Shown: one piece after another, positions 11,112-24,595 of the stretch
Position numbering within the stretch: position 1 is the stretch's first letter
Layout: every line of letters begins with the position of its first letter
Assembly: GCA_010093705.1 (NCBI GenBank)
Contig: MU006093.1
Location: 669,462-733,461, forward strand
Source: Patellaria atrata CBS 101060
Lineage: Eukaryota
Length of the DNA: 64,000 nucleotides
Reading direction: 5' to 3'
Notes under the pieces: model-generated
What the model was told of the DNA's origin: nothing
The model's input: the letters and a program-made list of their open reading frames with translations, nothing else
The model's database searches: none
Program-made: the position numbers and the translations under genes

Positions 11112-11976
11112 TGTATGAATTTCGATACAGGCAGTCAAACAGATATGAACCGACAATTTTAAATTGAAAGAAATCTCTTTATCTCAAGTAATGATAGAAC
11201 TATAACCTGTGTGTACAGTACATGCGGAGGAGATCTTTTATCTTCCTGCGATTAGCACCCTGGGGTACCTTAGGAGCTTGAGAGGCAAGCTACAACGCTA
11301 AGTCGTCATTTGTGAGAGGAAGCGCTGATTATATAAGCGCTCGCTTTTCGGTTCACCAGGTCCTCGAGGACATCTTCAGACCAGGAGTCATTGATCTGAT
11401 CACTTCGGCACCGTTCTTTGAATCCATACATGATGGTGAATGTCTTTGGTGATTGTTTTATGTGCAGCGGCTTGCTCGACTGCGTGGACATACCTTATGT
11501 ATGTAGAGACTTCCAAACAAAGATGGAAAAAGCCTTACAGACAGTGTGGATTCCTTATCGCTGACCTGTGCTTTGATCTAGCGTCGTAGGTTTGGGGCTT
11601 GATAGGGTTAAACTATATTGGAGTAGATATTATTGATATATAGTTATTTGCCAGCGACGAGGCATTCCTTCATTTAATATCAGTATTCCGTCGAGCGAAG
11701 ATAGTCAGGGGAATATTTAGCTTAATAAGGGAAATTCGGACGGAAGAACTCCGGCTATTCTTGTTTGTCGCGTCTGCGGATTTTTGGATAACTCATGCCC
11801 TGGACCTGTACCTTTCTTCCTCATATGACTCTCTGCACCCATACACCTTCAACAATCATCCACGACGTGACGAATACATTGCTCCTATTGACTCATTCAT
11901 TGTAACGCGTTCTGGAGCGATTCTAGAAGGGTAACACGATATCAAACCGCGAGTATAGGACCGGATTCCGAAAGAT

Positions 11977-14900
11977 ATGGCTCCACGCGGGCGCAAGGTT
12001 TCCCCAGAGAATACCTCTGCTGAAGACGTAACAATGAACGATGCCATAGATACGAGTGGGCAAGAGGATGAAGTTGTAGGAGTGAGTACAACTCTATCAT
12101 CAAGTTATTTCTCCCCCTTGCGGGGTGTTGTCATTAATACCGTTTCCATACTGAGACATTATGGCTTTAGGGTTACCAGGACACTCCAGATTATACTGTT
12201 AGTGTGATACCTTAGATCGGCTCATGATTAATACTGATTACTTCCCAGGACTCAGACACCAACCCCAACACAACAGCTAGCAGTGTTGCTGGTGAAGCAA
12301 TTCATATGGATGGCCGCAAGCGGCGGTCAGAGGCTTTACAGTTACGAAAGAGCGTATTTGGGAAAAAGCATGATCGGCTAGGCGAATCGAAAGTATGACT
12401 GACCAGTCGATCCATTTGAAACCTGCACTAACGAAGGATTTAGGAAGATGATTCAATCCGTCGTTTTCGATATCTTTTAGGACTTACAGACCTGTTCCGT
12501 CACTTTATCGAAGCTAATCCTAACCCTAGAATCAAAGAAATCTTGGTTGAGATCGATAGACAAAATGCCGATGACGAGGCAAAAGCGAAGAAGGGCCATG
12601 CAAGAAAGGGTGGTGCGGCCGGTGAACGCCGGAGGAGGACGGAACAGGAAGAGGATGCAGAACTCCTGAAAGAAGGGAAGCGCGGGGGCACGTCAGAGAC
12701 AGTCTTCAGGGAATCGCCTGCCTTCATCAAGGGAGGAGAAATGCGCGACTATCAAGTCGCAGGTCTCAACTGGCTTATATCTCTACATGAGAACGGTATC
12801 TCTGGAATTCTTGCGGATGAGATGGGCCTGGGAAAGACACTTCAGACCATCTCATTCTTAGGCTATCTCCGCTACGTGTGCGGAATCACCGGACCGCATC
12901 TCGTTGTGGTGCCCAAATCTACTCTAGACAACTGGAAGCGAGAATTCGGAAAATGGACTCCTGATGTAAACATTCTGGTCCTTCAAGGCGCGAAAGAAGA
13001 ACGGACTCAACTTATCAATGAGCGGTTGATTGATGAAGATTTTGATGTTTGCATCACAAGTTACGAAATGATCCTCCGCGAGAAGACCCATCTCAAGAAG
13101 TTTGCATGGGAGTATATCATTATAGATGAGGCTCATCGCATCAAGAACGAAGAATCATCTCTCGCCCAGATCATTCGCCTCTTCAACTCACGGAATAGAC
13201 TATTGATCACCGGAACACCCTTACAAAATAATCTCCATGAACTTTGGGCCCTACTGAACTTTCTCCTCCCGGATGTCTTTGGAGACGCAGAAGCGTTCGA
13301 TCAATGGTTCAGCAATCAAGATGCGGATCAAGATACCGTTGTCCAGCAGCTGCATAAAGTATTAAGACCTTTCCTACTGCGACGTGTAAAGAGCGATGTT
13401 GAGAAGAGCTTGTTACCAAAGAAGGAGATCAATTTATATATTGGCATGTCTGATATGCAAGTGAAATGGTATCAAAAGATCTTAGAGAAAGATATTGACG
13501 CTGTAAATGGTGCGGGGGGAAAGAAAGAGTCCAAGACGCGCTTGTTGAACATTGTCATGCAGCTACGAAAATGTTGTAACCATCCCTATCTCTTCGAAGG
13601 AGCTGAACCTGGACCCCCTTATACAACTGATGAGCATCTCATTAACAATGCCGCTAAGATGATAATGCTCGACAAGCTATTGAAAAGAATGAAGGCCCAG
13701 GGAAGCAGAGTGTTGATCTTCTCTCAGATGAGCAGAGTCCTCGATATTCTTGAGGATTACTCTGTATTCAGAGGCTATCAGTATTGCCGTATCGATGGCT
13801 CTACTGCGCATGAGGATCGAATTCAAGCCATTGACGACTACAACAAGCCCGGTTCCGAGAAGTTCCTCTTCCTACTTACTACTCGTGCCGGTGGACTAGG
13901 TATCAATCTTACAAGTGCAGATATCGTAGTATTGTTCGATAGTGACTGGAATCCCCAAGCGGATCTTCAGGCCATGGACCGTGCTCATCGCATTGGCCAA
14001 ACGAAGCAGGTTATGGTTTTTAGGTTGGTAACTGAGAATGCTATCGAAGAAAAAGTACTTGAAAGAGCGGCGCAGAAACTTCGCTTGGATCAACTTGTTA
14101 TTCAACAAGGACGGGCCCAACAACAGGCGAAGAATGCAGCTTCCAAGGACGAACTACTAAGTATGATTCAACATGGTGCAGAAAAGGTCTTCAACTCTCA
14201 AGGCGGTACCGGTCCTATGGTTGGCGGGGAGATTACGGATGATGATATCGATGCCATCTTAAGACGTGGTGAGGAGCGTACAGCAGAACTGAGCGCAAAA
14301 TATGAGAAGCTGGGCATCGATGATCTGCAAAAGTTCACATCCGAGGGTACGTACGAATGGAATGGAGAGACTTTCCAGCCTCGCAAGAAGGAAATTGGCA
14401 TCAACTGGATTAATCCCGCGAAGCGAGAGCGCAAAGAGCAGTCATATTCTATGGACAAATATTACCGAGCCGCACTTCAAACTGGAGGTAGAACCGCTGA
14501 TACCAAACCGAGAATACCTCGCGCACCAAAGCAAGTCACTATTCATGATTACCAGTTCTTTCCCCCAGGTCTGGCAGAAATCCAAGAGAAAGAGACTGCA
14601 TGGTATCGAAAGGAGAACAATATCAAAGCTCCGCTCCCCGAAGGCGAAGAAGCAGACCTTGAATCTCGACAAGCCGAGCAAGAGCTTGACCAACGAGAGA
14701 TTGACAATGCAGAACCTTTAACGGAGCAAGAACAGGAGAAAAAGTTCGAACTTACTGAGCAAGGGTTCGCTGAATGGAACAAGCGAGACTTTCAGCAATT
14801 CATCAACGGATCCGCTAAATATGGACGCAAAAACTATGCTGGTATAGCAGAAGAAGTCGATGGTAAAAATGCCGAAGAGATCGAAGAATATGCGAAGGTC

Positions 14901-15576
14901 TTTTGGAAGCGGTATAAGGAACTTCATAACTGGGAACGCCACATCTCCATCATTGAGGAAGGAGAAGAGCGAACAAGGAAGATTGAGCATCAACAATACC
15001 TACTTAGAAAGAAGATGTCAATGTACCGTGTTCCCCTCCAGCAACTTAAGATCAACTACTCGGTGTCAACAACGAATAAGAAAGTGTACACAGAGGAGGA
15101 AGATAGGTTTTTGTTAGTCATGCTTGACAAGTATGGTGTTGACACGGAGGGTATCTATGATAAGATCCGGGATGAAATCCGGGAATCACCTCTGTTCAGA
15201 TTTGATTGGTTCTTCCTCAGCAGGACTCCTGTTGAGATTAGCAGAAGGTGTACCACGCTCCTGACCACTGTTGCGAGAGAATTTGACAGCGGAGATACTA
15301 AGATGGCTAATGGAAAGAAGCGACCAATTGATGAGGATGAAACCGAAGAGGAAGAGGTTCCAGTCAAGAAGAAGGCGAAGAACGGCGTCAAGGTGAATAG
15401 TTCCTCTCAGATGTTCGGTAGTTTTCAATAATGGATGCTAAATATTCTAGAACCCAATTGATAAGGTCAAGGCCACCAGCAAAGGAAACTCCACGACAAC
15501 TTCACGAGCTGCGAGCGTCGTCTCCAATGGTTCAGCACCACCGTCGAAGTCTAAGTTTAAATCAAAGAAGCGATAA
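11977..15576 (+). CDS. ISW2: ISWI-family chromatin-remodelling ATPase
   Basis: SNF2 motifs [40 protein letters not shown]-terminal HAND-SANT-SLIDE ([21 protein letters not shown]). Small 5' exons and a final exon ending TAA at 15576. ISW1 vs ISW2 naming is nominal. Confidence 0.96.
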
Positions 15577-16025
15577 GCTCAAATGAACACAAAGGCTTTC
15601 TCATCGGCGGTATGTTCTGTATGGTTTCCATAGGGGTTCCCGTCCTATTTGGCGTTGGTGGAGAGCAAAACAAGACAAAATGATACTTTTGTGGGGTCTC
15701 TATCTCCTCGGTTGTATGATTATCTGCATGTTTATGGGCGGTGCATTACTTGTGATGCTCATGATAGAGCTCGATTGAGAATTTACAAAGTAGAAGTTGC
15801 TATAGAAAACGCGTAAAGCAGTAACCTAAGGTATTCTCTGATCTACCGCAGAATGGTAGCGCACCCCACTTGAATCGTGCCAAGACATATGACATGCATT
15901 CAGAGAACAGCCAAACCTCGAAATCTAGCCTTACACACGATAGACGTTTCACCTTTTCCTTTGCTGTGTACTCTTCAACTCCTTCCCTAGGTCAGGATCC
16001 AGTTAACCCCAGAGAAGCCCCCAAA

Positions 16026-17207
16026 ATGAGCAGCACTGCCGTTCTCAATGATGACGATGTCATGGAACCGACTCTTCAATCGGTCCTAGACCAGAAGACA
16101 TTGCGTTGGATCTTCGTTGGCGGCAAAGGAGGTGTAGGCAAGACGACCACCTCATGCTCACTGGCAATCCAGCTGGCCAAACATCGCAAATCAGTTCTAC
16201 TCATTTCCACCGATCCCGCCCATAATCTCAGCGACGCGTTCAATCAGAAGTTTGGCAAGGATGCACGGCTGGTAAATGGATTCACAAATCTGAGTGCGAT
16301 GGAGATCGATCCCAACGGGAGCATACAGGACTTACTGGCGGCCGGTGGAGAGGGTGCTGAGGATGCCATGGCGGGGTTGGGTGGGATGGGGAATATGATG
16401 CAGGATTTGGCGTTCAGCGTAAGTCTCATGGCATAGGGAGCAAGCAAAGGGGCATGGAGTTGGGAATACACAATTATTTCAGACAGAGGAGGCTGATTCG
16501 CAATCACAGATACCAGGTGTCGACGAGGCCATGTCCTTCGCCGAAGTGCTCAAGCAAGTCAAATCACTGTCCTACGAAGTCATAGTGTTTGATACCGCAC
16601 CGACGGGCCACACTCTACGGTTTCTACAGTTCCCGACCGTCATGGAGAAGGCTCTTTCGAAGCTTTCGCAGCTATCATCTCAGTTCGGCCCGATGCTGAA
16701 CTCGGTCCTCGGTGCGCGAGGCGGCCTCCCCGGCGGCCAGAACCTCGACGACGTTCTCGCAAAGATGGAGTCATTGAGAGAAACAATTGCTGAGGTCAAT
16801 GTGCAATTCAAGAACCCGGATATGACGACGTTCGTCTGCGTGTGTATCGCGGAGTTTCTGAGCTTGTACGAGACGGAGCGTATGATCCAGGAGCTGGCTA
16901 GCTATGAGATCGACACGCACGCCATAGTGGTGAACCAGTTGTTATTCCCGAAGAAGGATAATCCGTGCGAACAATGTAATGCGAGGAGGAAGATGCAGAA
17001 GAAGTACCTCGACCAGATACATGAGTTGTATGATGAGTTTTTCAACGTGGTGAAGATGCCGCTGTTGACGGAGGAGGTTAGGGGGGTGGAGAAGTTGGAG
17101 AAGTAAGTTGATTTCACCATATTTCTTTCACGCTACTTTCTTTGCTAACAACATATATCAGGTTCAGCGAAATGCTTGTAGACCCATACATACCCCCCTC
17201 GGAGTGA
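16026..17207 (+). CDS. GET3: ATPase GET3/ASNA1 (tail-anchored protein targeting)
   Basis: [34 protein letters not shown], CxxC (CEQC); three exons. Confidence 0.97.
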
Positions 17208-17540
17208 GACGGTGAGGCACTTTGAGTATCAATTCGATTTTGTACGATACCCCGATATCGCTCGCAACCTCCTGTACGACCTAGCAGAAAAGGAAGAAAG
17301 TAGAAGCCGTTGCATACCTCAGTAGTCAACTATTACTCCTCAAACTACAACACAATCCCGCTAGAACCTCCAAGTATCTACCCCTCCCGCTTCTGCATCG
17401 GCGGGTATCCAGAAAGTACCATGAGAAGCGTGCCCTACAAGGCAGCATCCTCGAACTAGTTCTAGATATATAGAGAATGACATCTACAAATAGCAATCCA
17501 AACTCAAACCACGCGCATCGCCCATTATCCGCATACTAAC

Positions 17541-17912
17541 AAAAGTCGCACGCATTAACCTACTTCTATGATTTTACCGGCATGGGATAGGTAGTTGTAG
17601 AACATGCGTGCAACACTGTGAGTTGAATCTGCAACCCCACAATCCGCACGGGGCGTTGGCCGCTTCGCCAAAAAGCGCCTCCCCCTGTCACGTTTACAAC
17701 AGAATCGAACACCAAGCTCAAATCCCCTCGCGCCCTCAAACTAGCTCACGCTCGAACAAGCAGTGTCCTCCGTATAGTGGAGGGGAAGAAAGTCACGAGC
17801 TTTAAGCCGCGAGCTTTGACCTGCTCTTTTCGCGACGTAGAGGCGCTGCGGGTGCTAAATCGGGATGAGGGGAGGCACGAGGGACAGGGGGAAGGGGAGA
17901 CCTGCGGGGCTA
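17541..17912 (-). ncRNA. Candidate structured RNA of unknown class
   Basis: Three nested 10-11 bp helices plus a separate 11 bp 3' helix followed by UUUU. Several pairs are G.U on the minus strand but A.C mismatches on the plus strand. No recognised family motif. Confidence 0.35.
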
Positions 17913-18633
17913 AGAGGATTATATTAATGACGTCGTTGGCGCTCTGGTTCTGAAGAGCCTCGGTGAGTGAGTATTGACTTGTATAGGGTATGTGTGAATG
18001 TACTGAGGATATGATTTATGAGAGGAAATAGGGCTTTCATTATAGATTTAGAGAGTTTTATGCGCTGAGTTAAGTCCTACGGTATCGAGTGAAGGGGATA
18101 GGTGGGTGGAGTTGGATTTGGTGTTGGTGTTTTCCACTGTTGTTTATGGAGTTGCAAATCGCGGACTTCGCACCCAAGAAAGATCGACGACTTTTTTGCA
18201 AGCACCTCACCGGAAGACGGAACTATTGAATTTGCGCCGCTACAGCGCGCGCTTCGGGACGATTTCCAGGTTTCGAAGCAGGAACGAAGCCGGCCGAGTA
18301 TCAGATTCTGGCAAGGCGCCCCTAGAATATCCGGGGGAGCTTGCTAACTGCCTTTTCGATTTCGCGTGTTTATGCTGCTTAGGCTGTGCGTGACACTCGT
18401 GTTTGCCGGCTTGGACATGCATCCAAGAAGGGGTGTATTAGGACTCTGGGATGAAGATGGGAAGCTGGGAAGCTGGGGTAGCTATGGTATGGGGATAAAT
18501 AGATGCGTGGTGCCCAGGTGTTTTTGAGCGGGTGAGCGAGCGAGGTGCTTTTTGTAGTACTGAGTTTCTTTCAGCTTCAGGAGTTGACTGTTTGTGTGTT
18601 TCTTGCAACAGCTTTCTTTCGTTCATTAGAAAT

Positions 18634-19769
18634 ATGATGGGAAAGATGGCTGCTAAAGCGCTCCTCCTCGGCCTCCTCACTGTTGTAGCGAATGCTGCTC
18701 CGGCTGTGCTTGTGAATAGAGGTATGTTACATGATAAATCTTATTTTAGGACTTGACATTGCAGAAAGAACCTTTGCTAACAATAGAGTAGCGGTTGACC
18801 AGACAACGTATAATCAGCTTGCGTTGATGGAACAGTATGCTGCCGCGGGATATTGCCCTGGGAACAACAACAGCCCCGGCACCAAGCTAACGTGCACCTC
18901 TGGCGTGTGCCCGTTAGTCGAAGCAGCAAATACAAACACAGTCATTGAGTTTCAAAAGTGAGTGATCAGCAAAATCAAAAGATAAAGAATAGTCTTGCTG
19001 ACTTGGGTACTTAGCTCTCTAGTCACTGATGTGACTGGATATGTAGCCCTCGATCACACCAACAAGCTCGTTGTCGTCTCATTCCGAGGGACTCAGTCCG
19101 TCAGAAACTACCTAGCGGATGCAATGTTCCCTGAGATCCCCACCGACATCTGTAACGGCTGTACAGCGGCTCAAGGATTCTGGCTCTCCTGGCTGGAATC
19201 AAGAGCCCGCGTTCTCGCAGCAATCGAGAGTACAGCCGATCAGTATGGGTCATACAAGATCGCGGTGACGGGCCACAGCTTAGGTGGAGCTATTGCAGCC
19301 TTCGCCGCTGCTCAGTTGAGGAACGACGGGTACAGTGTAGCGCTGGTAAGAACCCGTCAAATCCACAGGCTCTTCGAGTGAAACGTTATTAAGATGTCAA
19401 CAGTACTCCTACGGCTCACCACGCATCGGCGGCCCAACCATAAGCCAGTACATCTCTAACCAGCCCGGTGGAAACTACCGAGTGACGCACACCAACGATC
19501 TGATTCCTCGGCTCCCTCCAACTATTGCTGGCTTCCGTCACATCACTCCGGAGTACTATATCTCGTCCGGTAATAACGTTCCAGTTACTCCGGCAGATAT
19601 CACTCGATTCAACGACGACCATAATTCAGCTGGAAATGCTGGACACTTGATCCCTAGCGTCACAGCTCATGGATGGTATTTCAATTCCATCAGTGCGTGT
19701 TATCCTGGAGGTGGGATTGAGGTGAAGCGCTCGTGGATTGTTCCTGTTGATGCAGAGTTTACTGAGTAA
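18634..19769 (+). CDS. Secreted class 3 lipase
   Basis: Signal peptide, QYAAAGYC, VVSFRGT, GHSLGG nucleophile elbow, YGSPRIG, HTNDLIPRLP, AHGWYF; three introns. Confidence 0.94.
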
Positions 19770-21287
19770 TGATTTGACATTTGCAAGTGCTTTGACAATC
19801 TTTCGGTATATAAAAACTGCATGGTATTCTCGGTGGTGGGCGGTACACAATTCTTCCTCCAGTGATTCCCAATTTCTTGTGTTGATCAGGCATTGTATAT
19901 AAAAATTAGCATGATCGCACCAACCAAAAAAAATAAAAAAAAATGAGACGTGTTCATAATTCATCGCTCCCATGTCGACAAGAAATCGAGAAGAGTGTCA
20001 CTTGGACTCAACTAAAATGGACTTTTGGACTAATAGATTCACCAAACAGGTACCAGAGATTGAGACAAAGTAGGCCAGTGACTTCCCAATATATTTCAAG
20101 CCCTTGCCCTTATTGTCACAGTAAAAGAATTTGAACTTTTGATAACTCTAGATATGCAGCCTTCATTCCTTTAAAACATAATGTCAACTTTCATAAGCCA
20201 CACAAATGGCACGAACGCACTAGGTGAAAGGTGAATATTCTCATGACAATAAGATCTTTAGTAACATTCGGATATGAGCGGGGTTATACTATACACTACA
20301 CGAGTACCCGGAACGTAAATCAACCCCATTCCGTAGACCTCTGACATCGCATATGTTGTACAGGAATGTTTTTACATATGGATATCAGGTTCGTTGCGCG
20401 TGCGGCTGCTCAGTCATTGATGGAATCCGTACTTAGAAGCAAACACCTATTGGACATATAATAAGGATGTCACATATTCAGATTACGGAATCTTTCTACA
20501 TGATCAGTTGTGCAATTGATAACACATCGCTTGGGTATAAGTGTTAAAGGAGTGAGAGATATGAAATCTAGAAGATGAATTTCGCTCCGAGGAGTCTGGT
20601 GCACGGGCCAATGAGGTTTGTTCTTTCTATTCTCAAGTACGACTTCCTCTTTCCGCCTCCAACATGGAATAGGAAACTCATAACTCATAGGACAACCATG
20701 TCGCGGTTCTCATAGTAAGTTATGCGCTGTTATCATCCGAACAAGTCGGTTTCTCAACTACGGCCACGCCACCAAGGCAACGAGGAGATCGGTCGAGCCG
20801 CCAATTAACAGAATCCTCCCTTGCTATCGGTTCAGATTACATTAGATTGCAGACACGGTTTTGACATCTATCATCCAATGAAACCTTGTTTCATCTTTCT
20901 GCCCATCCCGGATATGAGCGCAAATCCAGCAGAGTTTCCCTGCACCTTCTCATAGTAAACTACTGCGTACACAGAGATCTGCCCAAAAAGATGCTGCTCT
21001 ACAGGCATTTGGGACTACCGCTTATGCTTTCATCCATGTCGCTCTGGAAACATAACACAGCAACGGAAGGAGCAGGCCATGAGTCCAGGATAAAGCTTTA
21101 GCCTTGTGTAATTAATTTCATGGCGGGGAGCTCAACGAATATATATGTTTGCTGTCGCCCCAAGTCCAAGTTGGAGAGCAGCGCACTCCTTAAGGACTCC
21201 GTTTGCGTCCTTTTGCCATTGAGCGCGTCGACTGTGTGCGCACGCCTCAGTATATCTTCTTTCGCTCATTCTTAGTCTTTCTGTCCA

Positions 21288-23341
21288 ATGAGGTCATATA
21301 CGATCGTTGGAGGACTTTTGTCCCTGGCTGCCATTGTTTCTGGCAGGACTTCTAGTTCTGACATAAGAGAACCTTTCGAAGCTCTACGTAGCACTCCTGA
21401 AGGGTGGCACAAGGTCGGAACACCAGATCCAAACAAACGTTTACATTTCCGTATTGGAGTTACACAGGTAAGTTGAAGTCATCGTTCTACCTACCTTAGC
21501 CGATTGAGAAACACCAAGAAAACAATAAGCGCTTGGTAAGGCTTGGTGCAACGGCTTGATTAATGCCAAAGCTTTTCTCCCCTCTTCCATTTTACCTCAG
21601 CCATTTGCCGATACCCCAACTCTAATACTTTCACAGAGCAACTTAGATCTGTTTGAGCAGACTCTTTACGATGTCTCAACTCCAGATCACCCTAAGTATG
21701 GTCAGCATCTCAAGAGCCATCAGATTAAAGAGCTACTACGTCCTTCAGAGGACGCCACAGCTTCTATCAAGGAATGGCTTAGCGATTCCGATATCTCTGC
21801 AGAAGATATCGAGGATGACGGCGATTGGATAAACTTCGTCGCTACAGTCGCTCAAGCTGAAAAGATGATGGATACAACGTTCAACATTTACGAAAGCTCA
21901 ATACGTAAGAACCTAAGAAAGGTCAGAACGTTGCATTACTCCATTCCGGGCAAATTGCACAAGTACATCGATCTGATCCAGCCCACTACACGTTTCCAAC
22001 ACATCACTCCTCAACGCGAGTTCATCCTCGGACATGATGTTCTGGGTATGGCCGGTGCGGTGAACGTTAGCGCCTCCTGCAATACTACCATCACTCCGAC
22101 TTGTCTGCGAGATTTGTACAACGTCAAAGGGTTCACTCCAAGCGCCAATTCCAGCGGATTCCTTGGAGTTAATGGATTTTTGGAACAATATGCTCGATAT
22201 GAAGATCTGGCCCTGTTCTTGAGAGATTACGCCCCTGAGGCCGTTGGAGCCAATTTCTCGTTCACGAGTGTTAACGGTATAGTAGTTCTTGAGAGTATAG
22301 TATGAGACTGGGCTAACGGTCATATCAGGGGGTGTCCTTCCACAAGACTCTCCGGAGAACTCAGTAGAAGCTAATCTAGACATTGATTATACTGTATCTC
22401 TGTCATATCCAATTCCAAACACCTACTACAGTACCGCGGGTCGTGGCCCCCTCGTACCTGACCTTGATCAACCCACACAGGAAGACAATGCTAATGAACC
22501 CTACCTTGAGTTCTTCACTTACCTCTCCAACCTTCCAGACAACGAGCTTCCGCAAACCCTTACTACTTCCTATGGCGAAGACGAGCAGAGTGTTCCCGCT
22601 AGCTATGCTCGCCGTGTCTGCAACTTGATTGGCCAGCTCGGTGCTCGCGGTGTTTCCGTCATCTTCGCCTCCGGAGATACTGGTGTCGGTTCCGCCTGTC
22701 AAACTAACGACGGGCGCAACACAACCCGATTCCTACCCATCTTCCCTGCTGCCTGCCCCTTTGTTACCTCTGTTGGTGGTACCTACCGTGTCAACCCCGA
22801 GCAAGCTATCTACTTCTCATCTGGTGGTTTCTCTGACGTCTTCCCTCGTCCGTCTTATCAGGATGCCGCGGTGAAGAAGTATCTATCCATCCTTGGTGAC
22901 CGCTGGGAAGGTCTCTACAATCCCGATGGTCGTGGTTTCCCAGATCTCGCGGCTCAAGGTCAGGGTTATCGTGTTGTTGACAAGCGCCGCGTCATCTCAG
23001 TCGGCGGAACCAGCGCTTCTGCACCCACTGTCGCTGCCATCATTTCCCGCATCTCTGCTGCGAGAATTCAAGTTGGCAAGCCTCCGCTCGGGTTCCTGAA
23101 CCCTTGGATATACAGCAAGGGATTTAAGGGACTTACAGATATCGTCAATGGTGGTAGTCGGGGGTGCACTGGACAGTCGATATATAGCGGCTTACCAGCA
23201 CCATATGTGCCGTATGCTTCCTGGAATGCCACAGAGGGATGGGATCCTGTGACTGGGTATGGCACACCAGACTTCCAGAAATTGTTGGAGTTGGCCGATG
23301 CAGCGCCGGGAAGGCTAAGGTATGGAAGGACACGACAATGA
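21288..23341 (+). CDS. Secreted sedolisin / tripeptidyl peptidase (MEROPS S53)
   Basis: Signal peptide, pro-domain ([13 protein letters not shown]), [33 protein letters not shown]; two introns. Confidence 0.95.
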
Positions 23342-24595
23342 GGAGATGATGAGGGTAGGATATAGAGCAACGAAAGAGTTTACTATTACGCACTTTCATT
23401 ACTTAGATAGGATATAAGAGATGCTTATGTTCGAGATAAACGAGCGCATCAGACTATCACTAACGATGAAATACTAGCTTCAATGCATCATTCCTGCTTT
23501 CGTCAACCCATCTGCCGTTTGCCTGTCTTTGTGCTGGCGTACTGTATCTTGATATCGCAACCAATCAGACAGCGGAAACATTCCGTTCACTGGACGCCTC
23601 CGACGAACGCATCCACTCGGAAGAGTCTGAAGCGACGGCAAAGGCGTCGTGGCCACACAAACCAAGCACCGTTATACTTTTGTAAGGAAAGCCAAAAGAG
23701 CTTTCTTCAACGTCCGCCGAGAACTCAGATCTTGATCTCATAACGAAGCTTTGCTGTTTGCTGCTTGATTGTGTTTCCAAGTGTTGCTTGCACGGGTTTT
23801 CCAAGATGTACCCCATGTCGATTGTCTGGGGGTTATGGGGCCTGGTCCAGGAACCTGGAGGTCATACCCCGCGTGGTAAGGGTGTCCGATATTCGCCTTC
23901 CTGTTTGGGAGTTGAGGATTAATTTGAGCGAGAAGGAGCGAGGTGCTCTTCCGTAGCTTTGACTTTGTGCGGTACCGTGCCTACGATTGAGGGCGGCATC
24001 CAGTACGTTACGAACCGCCGTTGGATACGTTGAATTCTATCATTAGGTAAGTGAAGTTGTTTCTCTGAGAAAAACATCGGAGAGATATGATATCGTCCGT
24101 CGTCGCATCTCATATTGAGATATTTGAGCTGTAAAGATCGAGCTCGTTGGTCGTTCGCTGTTCCCGTTCTTCCCAGATCATTATCATTATTTGCCCATAC
24201 GGGTTTTAGGCGGATCTACCATTTTTTTTTTTTAAAATTCTCAATATCGAATGATTGCGATTCCGTCCAATTGTTATTCTCGAAGCTTTCCATCCTGCAT
24301 ACACAAACAGCCACTATCCATCCCTACCAAACACCAGGATGGCCATCCGAATGGGAACACAAACCGCTTCCTGGCTACCAGCCGCGCCGCTATCTCCATT
24401 ATCTCATCAAGATGGACAAGCAATTACGTCGGTGCTGACAGGCCAGCTACTTTCCCTTTCTGGAATCGTCATCATCCGAGATTGGGGAATCTGGAGCTGA
24501 TGCCTGTTTCTTATTTATCTCCTGCCTCCCCGCTGTTGTTTTGATCGTCTTTTACATCGTCATCTTTCTATTTGAAGCTTCAGATAGCTGTGAAA

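Noticed and set aside
11729..11745. GGGAAATTCGG resembling RNase P CR-I
   Set aside because: No complementary CR-V sequence found downstream; lies in the ISWI promoter region.
12500..15428. Numerous antisense and alternate-frame ORFs over ISWI (and similarly over other long genes)
   Set aside because: Shadow ORFs of well-supported coding sequence with no independent motifs.
15870..16025. N-terminal extension of GET3 in the ORF track
   Set aside because: Starts at TTG; the conserved protein begins at ATG 16026.
17545..17614. snR30/U17 or other H/ACA identity for the 3' hairpin
   Set aside because: m1/m2 words are imperfect and too close together; no ANANNA hinge or terminal ACA box.
17800..17845. 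Resemblance of minus-strand GTCGCGAAAAGAGCAGGTCAAAG to SRP RNA helix 8
   Set aside because: The 5' CAGG side of the symmetric loop and the tetraloop stem do not form, and no Alu-domain start lies at a suitable distance.
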